Source: Nemertoderma westbladi
Taxonomy: Eukaryota; Animalia; Xenacoelomorpha
Length of the DNA: 64,000 nt
Direction of reading: 5' to 3'
NCBI GenBank assembly: GCA_032718475.1
Contig: JAUCBJ010008523.1
Location: forward strand, 1-64,000
Part shown: positions 1-19,450 of the stretch, piece after piece
How the letters are laid out: the number at the start of each line of letters is the position of its first letter
How positions within the stretch are numbered: the first letter of the stretch is position 1
The notes under the pieces: generated by a model
Told to the model about the DNA's origin: nothing
Seen by the model: the letters and a program-made list of their open reading frames with translations, nothing else
Databases searched by the model: none
Made by a program: the position numbers and the translations under genes

Positions 1-3000
1 AGAACAACAACGTAGCCAGTTGTGAGTGAGTTAATGAAATATAATTAAATAAGGGAGACAACAACGTAGCCAGTTGTGAGTGAGTTAATGAAATATAATT
101 AAATACGGAGGAGAACAACAACGTAGCCAGTTGTGAGTGAGTTAATGAAATATAATTAAATAAGGGAGACAACAACGTAGCCAGTTGTGAGTGAGTTAAT
201 GAAATATAATTAAATACGGACGAGAACAACAACGTAGCCAGTTGTGAGTGAGTTAATGAAATATAATTAAATAAAGGAGACAACAACGTAGCCAGTTGTG
301 AGTGAGTTAATGAAATATAATTAAATAAGGAGACAACAACGTAGCCAGTTGTGAGTGAGTTAATGAAATATAATTAAATACGGAGGAGAACAACAACGTA
401 GCCAGTTGTGAGTGTGTTAATGAAATATAATTAAATAAGGGAGACAACAACGTAGCCAGTTGTGAGTGAGTTAATGAAATATAATTAAATAAGGAGGACA
501 ACAACGTAGCCAGTTGTGAGTGAGTTAATGAAATATAATTAAATAAGGGAGACAACAACGTAGCCAGTTGTGAGTGAGTTAATGAAATATAATTAAATAA
601 GGGAGACAACAACGTAGCCAGTTGTGAGTGAGTTAATGAAATATAATTAAATAAGGAGGACAACAACGTAGCCAGTTGTGAGTGAGTTAATGAAATATAA
701 TTAAATAAGGAGGACAACAACGTAGCCAGTTGTGAGTGAGTTAATGAAATATAATTAAATAAGGGAGACAACAACGTAGCCAGTTGTGAGTGAGTTAATG
801 AAATATAATTAAATAAGGGAGACAACAACGTAGCCAGTTGTGAGTGAGTTAATGAAATATAATTAAATAAGGGAGACAACAACGTAGCCAGTTGTGAGTG
901 AGTTAATGAAATATAATTAAATAAGGGAGACAACAACGTAGCCAGTTGTGAGTGAGTTAATGAAATATAATTAAATAAGGGGAACAACAACGTAGCCAGT
1001 TGTGAGTGAGTTAATGAAATATAATTAAATAAGGGAGACAACAACGTAGCCAGTTGTGAGTGAGTTAATGAAATATAATTAAATAAGGGGAACAACAACG
1101 TAGCCAGTTGTGAGTGAGTTAATGAAATATAATTAAATAAGGGAGACAACAACGTAGCCAGTTGTGAGTGAGTTAATGAAATATAATTAAATGAGGAGAA
1201 CAACAACGTAGCCAGTTGTGAGTGAGTTAATGAAATATAATTAAATAAGGGGAACAACAACGTAGCCAGTTGTGAGTGAGTTAATGAAATATAATTAAAT
1301 AAGGAGGAGAACAACAACGTAGCCAGTTGTGAGTGAGTTAATGAAATATAATTAAATAAGGAGGAGAACAACAACGTAGCCAGTTGTGAGTGAGTTAATG
1401 AAATATAATTAAATAAGGGGAACAACAACGTAGCCAGTTGTGAGTGAGTTAATGAAATATAATTAAATAAGGGAGACAACAACGTAGCCAGTTGTGAGTG
1501 AGTTAATGAAATATAATTAAATAAGGAGGAGAACAACAACGTAGCCAGTTGTGAGTGAGTTAATGAAATATAATTAAATAAGGAGGAGAACAACAACGTA
1601 GCCAGTTGTGAGTGAGTTAATGAAATATAATTAAATAAGGGAGACAACAACGTAGCCAGTTGTGAGTGAGTTAATGAAATATAATTAAATGAGGAGAACA
1701 ACAACGTAGCCAGTTGTGAGTGAGTTAATGAAATATAATTAAATAAGGGGAACAACAACGTAGCCAGTTGTGAGTGAGTTAATGAAATATAATTAAATAA
1801 GGGAGACAACAACGTAGCCAGTTGTGAGTGAGTTAATGAAATATAATTAAATAAGGGAGACAACAACGTAGCCAGTTGTGAGTGAGTTAATGAAATATAA
1901 TTAAATAAGGGAGACAACAACGTAGCCAGTTGTGAGTGAGTTAATGAAATATAATTAAATAAGGGAGACAACAACGTAGCCAGTTGTGAGTGAGTTAATG
2001 AAATATAATTAAATAAGGGGAACAACAACGTAGCCAGTTGTGAGTGAGTTAATGAAATATAATTAAATGAGGAGAACAACAACGTAGCCAGTTGTGAGTG
2101 AGTTAATGAAATATAATTAAATAAGGGAGACAACAACGTAGCCAGTTGTGAGTGAGTTAATGAAATATAATTAAATAAGGGAGACAACAACGTAGCCAGT
2201 TGTGAGTGAGTTAATGAAATATAATTAAATAAGGGAGACAACAACGTAGCCAGTTGTGAGTGAGTTAATGAAATATAATTAAATAAGGGGAACAACAACG
2301 TAGCCAGTTGTGAGTGAGTTAATGAAATATAATTAAATAAGGGGAACAACAACGTAGCCAGTTGTGAGTGAGTTAATGAAATATAATTAAATGAGGAGAA
2401 CAACAACGTAGCCAGTTGTGAGTGAGTTAATGAAATATAATTAAATAAGGGAGACAACAACGTAGCCAGTTGTGAGTGAGTTAATGAAATATAATTAAAT
2501 AAGGGAGACAACAACGTAGCCAGTTGTGAGTGAGTTAATGAAATATAATTAAATAAGGGAGACAACAACGTAGCCAGTTGTGAGTGAGTTAATGAAATAT
2601 AATTAAATAAGGGAGACAACAACGTAGCCAGTTGTGAGTGAGTTAATGAAATATAATTAAATAAGGGAGACAACAACGTAGCCAGTTGTGAGTGAGTTAA
2701 TGAAATATAATTAAATAAGGGGAACAACAACGTAGCCAGTTGTGAGTGAGTTAATGAAATATAATTAAATAAGGGGAACAACAACGTAGCCAGTTGTGAG
2801 TGAGTTAATGAAATATAATTAAATGAGGAGAACAACAACGTAGCCAGTTGTGAGTGAGTTAATGAAATATAATTAAATAAGGGAGACAACAACGTAGCCA
2901 GTTGTGAGTGAGTTAATGAAATATAATTAAATAAGGGAGACAACAACGTAGCCAGTTGTGAGTGAGTTAATGAAATATAATTAAATAAGGAGGAGAACAA

Positions 3001-4200
3001 CAACGTAGCCAGTTGTGAGTGAGTTAATGAAATATAATTAAATAAGGGAGACAACAACGTAGCCAGTTGTGAGTGAGTTAATGAAATATAATTAAATAAG
3101 GGAGACAACAACGTAGCCAGTTGTGAGTGAGTTAATGAAATATAATTAAATAAGGGAGACAACAACGTAGCCAGTTGTGAGTGAGTTAATGAAATATAAT
3201 TAAATAAGGGAGACAACAACGTAGCCAGTTGTGAGTGAGTTAATGAAATATAATTAAATAAGGGGAACAACAACGTAGCCAGTTGTGAGTGAGTTAATGA
3301 AATATAATTAAATAAGGGGAACAACAACGTAGCCAGTTGTGAGTGAGTTAATGAAATATAATTAAATAAGGGGAACAACAACGTAGCCAGTTGTGAGTGA
3401 GTTAATGAAATATAATTAAATAAGGGAGACAACAACGTAGCCAGTTGTGAGTGAGTTAATGAAATATAATTAAATAAGGGAGACAACAACGTAGCCAGTT
3501 GTGAGTGAGTTAATGAAATATAATTAAATAAGGGAGACAACAACGTAGCCAGTTGTGAGTGAGTTAATGAAATATAATTAAATAAGGGAGACAACAACGT
3601 AGCCAGTTGTGAGTGAGTTAATGAAATATAATTAAATAAGGGGAACAACAACGTAGCCAGTTGTGAGTGAGTTAATGAAATATAATTAAATAAGGGGAAC
3701 AACAACGTAGCCAGTTGTGAGTGAGTTAATGAAATATAATTAAATAAGGGGAACAACAACGTAGCCAGTTGTGAGTGAGTTAATGAAATATAATTAAATA
3801 AGGGAGACAACAACGTAGCCAGTTGTGAGTGAGTTAATGAAATATAATTAAATAAGGGAGACAACAACGTAGCCAGTTGTGAGTGAGTTAATGAAATATA
3901 ATTAAATAAGGGAGACAACAACGTAGCCAGTTGTGAGTGAGTTAATGAAATATAATTAAATAAGGGAGACAACAACGTAGCCAGTTGTGAGTGAGTTAAT
4001 GAAATATAATTAAATAAGGGGAACAACAACGTAGCCAGTTGTGAGTGAGTTAATGAAATATAATTAAATAAGGGGAACAACAACGTAGCCAGTTGTGAGT
4101 GAGTTAATGAAATATAATTAAATAAGGGGAACAACAACGTAGCCAGTTGTGAGTGAGTTAATGAAATATAATTAAATGAGGAGAACAACAACGTAGCCAG
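1..4200. repeat. 54-bp satellite array, left part (~77 copies; continues beyond window start)
   Basis: Head-to-tail consensus AACAACGTAGCCAGTTGTGAGTGAGTTAATGAAATATAATTAAATAAGGGAGAC. Variation is almost confined to the purine-rich junction (54- and 57-bp variants). Confidence 0.98.
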
Positions 4201-5547
4201 TAGTGTTGAGAACTGTAACTGTAATTATACTGTAACTGCAACTGTAACTGAATGGTTTTGATGATTTTTTTGATACTGTAACTATAACTGTAACTGTAAT
4301 TTCGAATTTGGAATACTGTAACTGTAACTGAAACTGTAATTACGTATTTTGAATACTGTAACTGAAACTGAAACTGAAATTAACAAAATCCGATTCAGTT
4401 CTCAATCACACAATTAACATGAATGAGCATTTAAAACAGTATTGTAATAAAGTATAGAGTATAGTTTAATAAATGAATAACAGTGGTTACCATAGGTATC
4501 ATTTTTAAAACATTGGTATAAAAAAACAATCTAATTTTTTTCACTTCTGAACAAAACCATACTATTACACAATATAAAATCAAAGACCCATTGCCCACTT
4601 AACTCAAATGTGATTTATTTGGCGAATCAAGTAGTGAACGAAGATCTACAGTAGCATATAGTCTATGTTTATCTGTCTCAACTATTAGACTATTATCAGC
4701 CTTATCACCACTTTTGCTTCATATTAAATGTAAATGTTTTAGATAAACAAAGAAAAGTTAGGCCTAATGGTAGAGGGATATTAACGGATATATATTTTAC
4801 ATTATTAATTATTAATGTTTTTACCGGTACTATTAATATCACAATCACACTAGAGGCACACTGGAAATTAAATTTGGATCAAGTTTACCATTATAAATTA
4901 CAAAATTAAACTTAAAAGTGAAAGGAGCAGTTTATCGAGGTGGGTCTAACCAAAACAATAAATATATGATTACTAAAACAAATTACGAATTAAGGAAAAT
5001 GAGCAGGATTCAGAAGCATGGCTTTATAACCAAAACAATAAATGATAACAGTACTGTACAAGCACTGAAACAAGATGTGCAGTAAAATGTGGGTGCTTAG
5101 TGTGATCTTGTGACGTGCCACTTTCATTACATACTATCAGTATATTAGTTACAAAATATTACCATAGAGTGGGTCCAACTTTCCTACAACAACTACCTAT
5201 TAGCTCTAGAAAGAGGACGTTTCGTAATGAACATTATTATTAGCGTATATAACAGTAATATATTAAAGTCCCTCATTTTTAGTTTCAGATGACTGCTTAC
5301 TACGTGAGATCATATATATTGAATCTATAACTGAAACTGTAACTGAAACTGAAATGCTCAATTTTGTAATGCTGAAACTGTAACTGTAACTGAAATGTTA
5401 CACTTTGTAATACTGAAACTGTAACTGTAACTGAAATGCAAAACTTTGAATACTGAAACTGTAACTGTAACTGAAATGCAAAACTTTGAATACTGAAACT
5501 GTAACTGTAACTGAAATTAGTCAAAATTGATTCAGTTCTCAACACTA
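4201..5547. mobile_element. Non-autonomous DNA transposon (hAT-like MITE) inserted in the 54-bp satellite
   Basis: Perfect 15-bp TIRs TAGTGTTGAGAACTG / CAGTTCTCAACACTA. Left flank GTAGCCAG (4193-4200) recurs on the right as G-ac-TAGCCAG (imperfect 8-bp TSD). Subterminal ACTGTA/ACTGAA repeats at both ends. The satellite resumes in register. Confidence 0.85.
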
Positions 5548-6288
5548 GACTAGCCAGTTGTGAGTGAGTTAATGAAATATAATTAAATAAGGGAGACAAC
5601 AACGTAGCCAGTTGTGAGTGAGTTAATGAAATATAATTAAATAAGGGAGACAACAACGTAGCCAGTTGTGAGTGAGTTAATGAAATATAATTAAATAAGG
5701 AGGAGAACAACGTAGCCAGTTGTGAGTGAGTTAATGAAATATAATTAAATAAGGGAGACAACAACGTAGCCAGTTGTGAGTGAGTTAATGAAATATAATT
5801 AAATAAGGGAGACAACAACGTAGCCAGTTGTGAGTGAGTTAATGAAATATAATTAAATAAGGGAGACAACAACGTAGCCAGTTGTGAGTGAGTTAATGAA
5901 ATATAATTAAATAAGGAGGAGAACAACAACGTAGCCAGTTGTGAGTGAGTTAATGAAATATAATTAAATAAGGGAGACAACAACGTAGCCAGTTGTGAGT
6001 GAGTTAATGAAATATAATTAAATAAGGGTACAACAACGTAGCCAGTTGTGAGTGAGTTAATGAAATATAATTAAATAAGGGAGAAAACAACGTAGCCAGT
6101 TGTGAGTGAGTTAATGAAATATAATTAAATAAGGGAGACAACAACGTAGCCAGTTGTGAGTGAGTTAATGAAATATAATTAAATAAGGAGATCAACAACG
6201 TAGCCAGTTGTGAGTGTGTTAATGAAATATAATTAAATAAGGAGACAACAACGTAGCCAGTTGTGAGTGAGTTAATGAAATATAATTA
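5548..6288. repeat. 54-bp satellite array, right part (~14 copies, more diverged toward the edge)
   Basis: Same monomer as 1-4200; ends at a TA-rich junction near 6290. Confidence 0.97.
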
Positions 6289-6301
6289 TTATATATATAT
6301 A

Positions 6302-10158
<3,857 letters not shown>

Positions 10159-10288
10159 TGAACTGGTTCTGGTACTTTTACTAGTACCAGTACTGGTACC
10201 GGTACTGGTACCGGTACTTTTACTGGTACCGGTACTTTTACTGGTACCGGTACTTGTAATTGTACTGGTACTTGTACTGGTACCGTTA

Positions 10289-10465
<177 letters not shown>

Positions 10466-10746
10466 TTATTTTTACTTTTACTGGTACCGGTACTTTTACT
10501 GGTACCAGTACTGGTACCGGCACATGAACTGGTACCGGTACTTTTACTGGTACCGGTACTGGTACCGGTACTATTACTGGTACCGTTACTTTTACTGTTA
10601 CCAGTAATTTTACTGGTACCGGTACTGGTACCGGTACATAAACTGGTACCGGTACCTTTACTGGTACCGGTACTGGTACCTGTACTTGTACAGGTACTGG
10701 TTCTTGTAATGGTACCGGTACTGTACTTGTACTAATACTTGTACTG

Positions 10747-13800
<3,054 letters not shown>

Positions 13801-14907
13801 TAATCCAAGCAGTAGACAATCTCGCGTTTGAATTTAACTTTACAACCCAGCCAAGTGAATGTCCTGGACCGTAATTGGTTGTATTCTAGCTTGTTGACCA
13901 GGGGAACTATCCAACCAGGGATTATCTTTTCTACCAGTTAGGCTAATAAAGATATTATAATAAAAAAATGTGACTATGATATGAAAAACACACCATAGCA
14001 CAAAAAGTATAAATGATGAAAAAAATATTTTGTTACCATCAGAAAGCCAATTAAATTCTAGGAAAAGTCAATGAATTTCATAATAATACATAAAAATCAT
14101 CATGATGAATTTCTCAAAATTAAAAGTGTGGAATAGGGTTAAATAAAGTATGATAAAGATTGTATAAAAATAAGGTGGGGTTTGGGTTGGGGATGTCCCT
14201 TCTTATCTAAAATTACACTTTATTACGGGCAAGGTGTAATAATATATTATATTATAATAAGCCTTTGTTGTATGCCTAAGTAATGGGACTGTGTGGCAGA
14301 CATAAAAATGAAAGTTTTTATTATACATTACCGGTTGTATTCTCTTACAGTTACTTTACTGCATTGCAGTACCGGTACGCCTATTGGTACCATTATAGTT
14401 TGTTTATTTAAGTAGAACTACCAGTTGGTTAAAACGCCATTGATACAAACCAATAACAAACACCCTAACAGATAACTGAATACATAATATTATTAAGCTA
14501 ATTGCTGGTTTATTAGTTTATTTTTATGTTACATTATTACTGGAACCAAACTGCACCTAAAACTATCCGACTACAGGGACTATGTTGTAATAACTTCTGA
14601 TTTCCAGTGGTCTATATTCTGATACCCCTATTAGACTAATTTTAATTTCGTTCCCATGGTACCCAATATTGGCAGGAGGCAGTGAAGGTAATGTTCAGTT
14701 AATCCGCATCATATCGGTAAGTAAATTATTAATTAAATAAAATAAAATTAAATAATAATAATTAATGTAATTAATTCATTTAAGTATTATAATGATTATT
14801 ACTTACTATGGTACGTGGTACGGTACTGAATTAGACCCTAGGCCTAATTAATTAATTTAACGTGTTTTAATAAAAGAGGTCTATTAATTAATTACCTGTA
14901 ATAATAA

Positions 14908-15588
14908 TTATTATTATTATGTTTAATTTCGTGCAGGAACATTAATGTAAACATTATGTAGCACCGCACAACTCTACTGTAGGCTACTACTGTATCTATA
15001 AACTAATATAAAGCAACTACAGTACCTAGCAGCTAGCACAATGTACTGTAAGAATGAGACGTTATTAATGGGCGCACCCAAAAAAAGAAAAGGAATGTAG
15101 AAACTATCGGCCATAAGTTAATAATGAAATACCAAAGTGTTCATAAATTGTATAGATTGAAAAGAGAATAGAGTACAAATTACTAATTGGATATAGGTTA
15201 GTTTTCATAGACCCCTAAAACAATATTCCAGCGAGATCTAAGCGTAGACATACCAATAGAGTTACAGGTACGAAGTATAGGATTTGAAGATATTGAAACA
15301 CGATGTAACAGTGAAAAAATAGCAGTACGACAAATTGATTTAAAAGTATTGATACGGTTCAAACAAAATAAAGTGTTGGCGTCTTCGGTACTACAATATG
15401 AAAATAATTGACGGAAAGCGTAATTGTAAGCTACCTTTAATCTACGTAAGGATTCAACACGAAACACAGACCATAGAGAACAACAGTATAAGTTATAACA
15501 ATAAGTTTTGAAAATAATGGATTTTATAGGTAAAGAGCATTTATTAAACGTTCTGGCTAATTGATTACCACGACAATATAATAATATG
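14908..15588 (-). mobile_element. 5'-truncated non-LTR retrotransposon (RTE-X-like LINE) 3' end: ORF2 C-terminus plus 3' UTR
   Basis: Translation LYCRGNQLARTFNKCSLPIKSIIFKTYCYNLYCCSLW...LRRLKVAYNYAFRQLF...SSNPIL resembles the post-RT C-terminus of such LINEs. Stop at 15198; minus-strand end ...GAAATTAAAC(ATA)n near 14908. Confidence 0.75.
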
Positions 15589-15866
15589 CCGGTCTTCTTT
15601 ACAGAAATCCACCGCTTGGATGCCGCTCCCCGTTCCTTCAATCCGGTTGATAACCTCCCCAGTTACAGAATTTAGAATATAAATCAACCCGTTCACCCCA
15701 ACAGCAGCGATTCTGGATCCGTTCGGACTCAATACGATCTCCCGGACCTCAGGAGTTGCTTCCTGTCTCCACAAGGTCTCCCCTGTACCAACACCGAAGC
15801 GATGGATCCCTCCTCCCATATCTACCGACACCACTGACTCCCCATCCGGACCCCAACCACCGCTTG
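15589..15866 (-). pseudogene. Intronless WD40/beta-propeller gene fragment (~2 blades), bacterial-like
   Basis: Open frame SGGWGPDGESVVSVDMGGGIHRFGVGTGETLWRQEATPEVREIVLSPNGSRIAAVGVNGLIYILNSVTGEVINRIEGTGSGIQAVDFCKEDRH. Visibly GC-richer than its flanks and truncated at both ends. Confidence 0.7.
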
Positions 15867-16137
15867 AAAAAAAGTGGGGAGAAAAGAAGTGGGGGTGTTG
15901 GGGACGCTAGCCCCCAAGAAAAGAAGTGGGGGTGTTGGGGACGATAGCCCCCAAGGAAAGAAGTGGGGGTGTTGGGGACGATAGCCCCCAAGAAAAGAAG
16001 TGGGGGTGTTGGGGACGATAGCCCCCAAGAAAAGAAGTGGGGGTGTTGGGGACGATAGCCCCCAAGAAAAGAAGTGGGGGTGTTGGGGACGATAGCCCCC
16101 AAGAAAAGAAGTGGGGGTGTTGGGGGGGACGATAGCC
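15867..16137. repeat. 37-bp satellite, array A (~7 copies)
   Basis: Monomer AAGAAAAGAAGTGGGGGTGTTGGGGACGATAGCCCCC. Confidence 0.97.
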
Positions 16138-16609
16138 CTTATGTTATACTGTTACCCTTTACTCATAGCCATAGATCATTTTAGGCATATTGATTCTGAA
16201 AAAACGGAGAAGACCCTATAATAGTCAATGTGGGCCAGTCTGAATGAATACAAAGGTTTTCTTCACATAATGTTAATATTGGTGCTTTAACGTACTTGTA
16301 GCTCATTCACATTTGACTTAAGACATATATATGTGAAGTCATTGCATTTTACTCATAGCCAGACATCTATCATATTAAAGTTATTAATCAAACGGCAAGC
16401 CGACTTCAGGGCGCGACAATGCATTTCGTGCACTGACTGAGAAATAAAGGAGTTTCTTTACGCTCGACTCTATCTGTTTTATTATACAATCCAATTAATT
16501 TCTCCCACTAGGGGCATCATCAGGGAAATAAACTAAAAAAACAGAAATACCGCACAAGGTATGTAAGATGAGGAAGACTTGTAAGTATGGCTTGGAGTAT
16601 ATTATATAA

Positions 16610-17153
16610 GGGGTCATCCATAAAAGACGTCCGAGAAAATCCCGAATTTTTGGACCCCCCCCTCCCCCCTGTCCGCGAATGTCCGGTTTTTGACCCCCCC
16701 CCCCCCTCCCCCCTATTCGGACGTCCGAATTTTAGAAAATAAAACAGAAAACAAATACACGAATTATTGCTGTACATTGTACAAATAGGGGGGCGACTAC
16801 TAATATTAACAGTACTAATATATATAGAAAACTATATAAAATACTGTAGTTTACGAGTCAGCTAGGAATGATTCATCCCATCAAGGGTTAGGTTGGCCGT
16901 CTCGCCAGATTCTGAAACTTGAAACTGAAACGTTTACTTTCACTTTAAATATGCGGGGCCTAGGTGCCCATCCCAAAGTTAAGTTTAGACTACATTTGGC
17001 CATATGGGCTGCAAAGTTGACAATAAAAAATTTAAAAACAGACGTCCGAATTTTGCTACACCCCCCCCCCCCCCCCCCCTGTCCGTAAATGTCCGGATTT
17101 GGCCGACCCCCCTCCCCCCCCCTCTAGCTCGGACGTCTTTTATGGATGACCCC
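16610..17153. mobile_element. PIF/Harbinger (Tourist-like) MITE, 544 bp
   Basis: Perfect 26-bp TIRs GGGGTCATCCATAAAAGACGTCCGAG; TAA TSD at 16607-16609 and 17154-17156. The empty site is present in the paralogous copies (~26245, ~49506). Confidence 0.93.
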
Positions 17154-17548
17154 TAAGCCAAAAATGGCCAATTAGAATAAATTTGAATAAATCATGTTCG
17201 ATTATAAATTATTCAAATTATGTATTTATATTTATTTTATTTATTATTATTTATGTATTTTGTTATATTTACCTCACCGGCTCGGCACTCGGTAAATACC
17301 TGGATAAGGTAGAAATTAGCAGAAATAATCAGAAAGCGGGAATTTGTAAATAACACATACAATGCAAAAAATTATAAAGTCACACACACATCGCAACCAC
17401 CCCTCCGACGCCCCTTAGCAGATGTTTTGTAATTTTCATTTAGTGTGTGAAAAAAACATGACACAAACTCTGCAAATTGTTGATGTGAAGATATAATGAA
17501 TTTTACAGTTAGTAAAATTAAAAATTCAGTGTGTGAAAGAACCATGGC

Positions 17549-17550
<2 letters not shown>

Positions 17551-17596
<46 letters not shown>
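17551..17596. repeat. (GT)n microsatellite
   Basis: About 23 GT units. Confidence 0.95.
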
Positions 17597-17598
<2 letters not shown>

Positions 17599-17971
17599 GG
17601 GGATGGTGCATGTTTTGATCACATCATATGTGTCATGATACCTGTTATGTTCACAAAAAAAGTTTCTTCTCACGTTTTCTTCACATGGCCGTCAAACGAA
17701 AGTAAAAATCTTCTAAGTTATTTTAAAGCTAAATCCAGCCGTGTGAAGAATACATGATGTTTGCACTCATAAAAACACTCCAATCTATAAATTAGTACGC
17801 CCCCTAACGACCAAGGTTATTTCATGGATAACATTTATTTGTTCACACATTATCTTCACACGTATATTCACTCGCATTGTATATGTATATATCCTTCACT
17901 CGCATTGTATATGATTCAAAACGTTTTATGTTGCTGTGCATTTGACATTAAACAGAAAATTATGGTGTTCG

Positions 17972-18181
17972 ACCACTCCCCTCCCCCGGACAGTCTCCCC
18001 CCCCCCCCCCCCCCCGTTTAACTAGGACATTTCCCCCGGACACTTTCTCCCCAGACACTTCCCCTCCTGACACTTATCCCCCGGACAGTTTCCCCTGTTA
18101 AAGTAGGACACTTCCCCCCCGGACACTCCCCCCCCCCCCAGACACTTCGCCCCGGACACTCCCCCCCTCCCCCCCCCCCCC
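17972..18181. repeat. Imperfect C-rich tandem repeats (GGACAC/TT-CCCCC, ~14-16 bp), likely transposon subterminal repeats
   Basis: About 10 GGACA/AGACA...poly-C units. Confidence 0.6.
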
Positions 18182-18459
18182 ACGACTGTTCTTAACTTCG
18201 CACATTCGTATTTTTTATTTTTTAAGGTAAACGGACCGCTTGTATCCAGACAAGTTGTATCCAATTTTCCTTTCGTAGCTCAGAAAGTGATCTTTTGCAA
18301 CCCGATTTTACATTTTATATCCAAGTTTTATTTAAGGATTTTATCAATGCAATTACATCGTATTGTTTGCTAATCTTTAAACAATTAATTAGATGACCTA
18401 TAAATTCCATCTCCCGAATGATATACTGTTTTTATTAACTATAGAATTATTTAACTATT

Positions 18460-18596
18460 TACATACTTGTGTGTAAAGTAGCACTTTACAGTGTGATGAT
18501 CCGAGTGGCTTTGTTACACGAACGTATGTTAGTAAGTGAGTGAAAATAAAGCCACGGGGATCAGAACACTGTAAAGTACTTTGCAACAAGTATGTA
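18460..18596. repeat. Long imperfect palindrome (possible non-autonomous Crypton-like element end)
   Basis: Nested arms TACATACTTGT/ACAAGTATGTA, ACTTTACAGTGT/ACACTGTAAAGT, TGATCC..GTGGCTTT/AAAGCCAC..GGATCA. Confidence 0.7.
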
Positions 18597-18860
18597 TGTA
18601 GTTTTATTTCAAAATTTTAACATTACGAAATGATTGTATATATGTTATAAGTGATAGAAACTGCACAAATTATATTAGTTGCTGTACAAATAAATATAAA
18701 AATAACATAAATTATGTTATAAATCAGTTAGCTTATATTTATCGCGGCGTTTTGAGCCATGTTATAATAATATGGGTAGGCCCTACTGGTTATTAATAGC
18801 TATACCCCGCCTACCGGAGGTAATGCAGTAGGACTATCTGGCTGTCAAGCAAATTTCCAC

Positions 18861-18953
18861 TTATTGTTTACGTGGTAACCCATGACGGCGTTAAGTAATG
18901 TCCGGGGGGTGGACATTACTTAACGTCGTCATGCGTCGTCACGTAAACAATAA
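18861..18953. repeat. 93-bp near-perfect palindrome
   Basis: Arms TTATTGTTTACGTG/CACGTAAACAATAA and CATGACGGCGTTAAGTAATGTCC/GGACATTACTTAACGTCGTCATG around a GGGGGGT loop. Confidence 0.85.
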
Positions 18954-19450
18954 CACCAAATACAATACTAAATGTACAGGCCAATACAATGCTGTAATGT
19001 CTTCAAAAGTTGTAAAGTTGTAAATAACAACTCACTGTTAATACTAACGGCGTTGAGTAATGTTACAATTTTGGAATAATAATAATTAATAGATTTAATT
19101 ACAGGTATTATTAGGTAATAGTCTTCTTCGAGGAATGTTATTTAATGATGAATATTATTGTTGCAATCAAAATTATACCTCTCCAGGGAAAAATCGACAT
19201 GCGTTGATATGTATTCTGTGTTTAGCATTACATATTGATAAATGAATTAAATTTCCTGGTTACTTGCAATATTTTCAATACGATTTTGTTGAATTATATA
19301 ATATCGTAGTAATTTATATATAAATTTGGTTAACATTCAATACAGCTCCTACTTTAGGCTTAGTCAATTTATTATCTGATGATACAAACATGAATTAATT
19401 ATTTCAAAATGGTATTAAAGTCTTACACCACGGGCACTAAGGGAAATGCC

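Larger units (their letters stand above)
16138..17596. repeat. Dispersed module following the 37-bp satellite, copy A (contains the MITE at 16610-17153; ends in (GT)n)
   Basis: Near-identical to 49037-49930 and, for the first ~480 bp, to 25774-26260. Confidence 0.93.

Noticed and set aside
307-4191. 1294-aa ORF of 18-aa repeats
   Set aside because: The 54-bp unit is a multiple of 3 with one stop-free frame. There is no ATG start and no synonymous variation, frameshifting units occur at the array edges, and a MITE interrupts the array.
16140-16565. Possible small exons in the dispersed module (several AG/GT-bounded segments on both strands)
   Set aside because: Short, no coherent reading frame, and indistinguishable from chance without transcripts.
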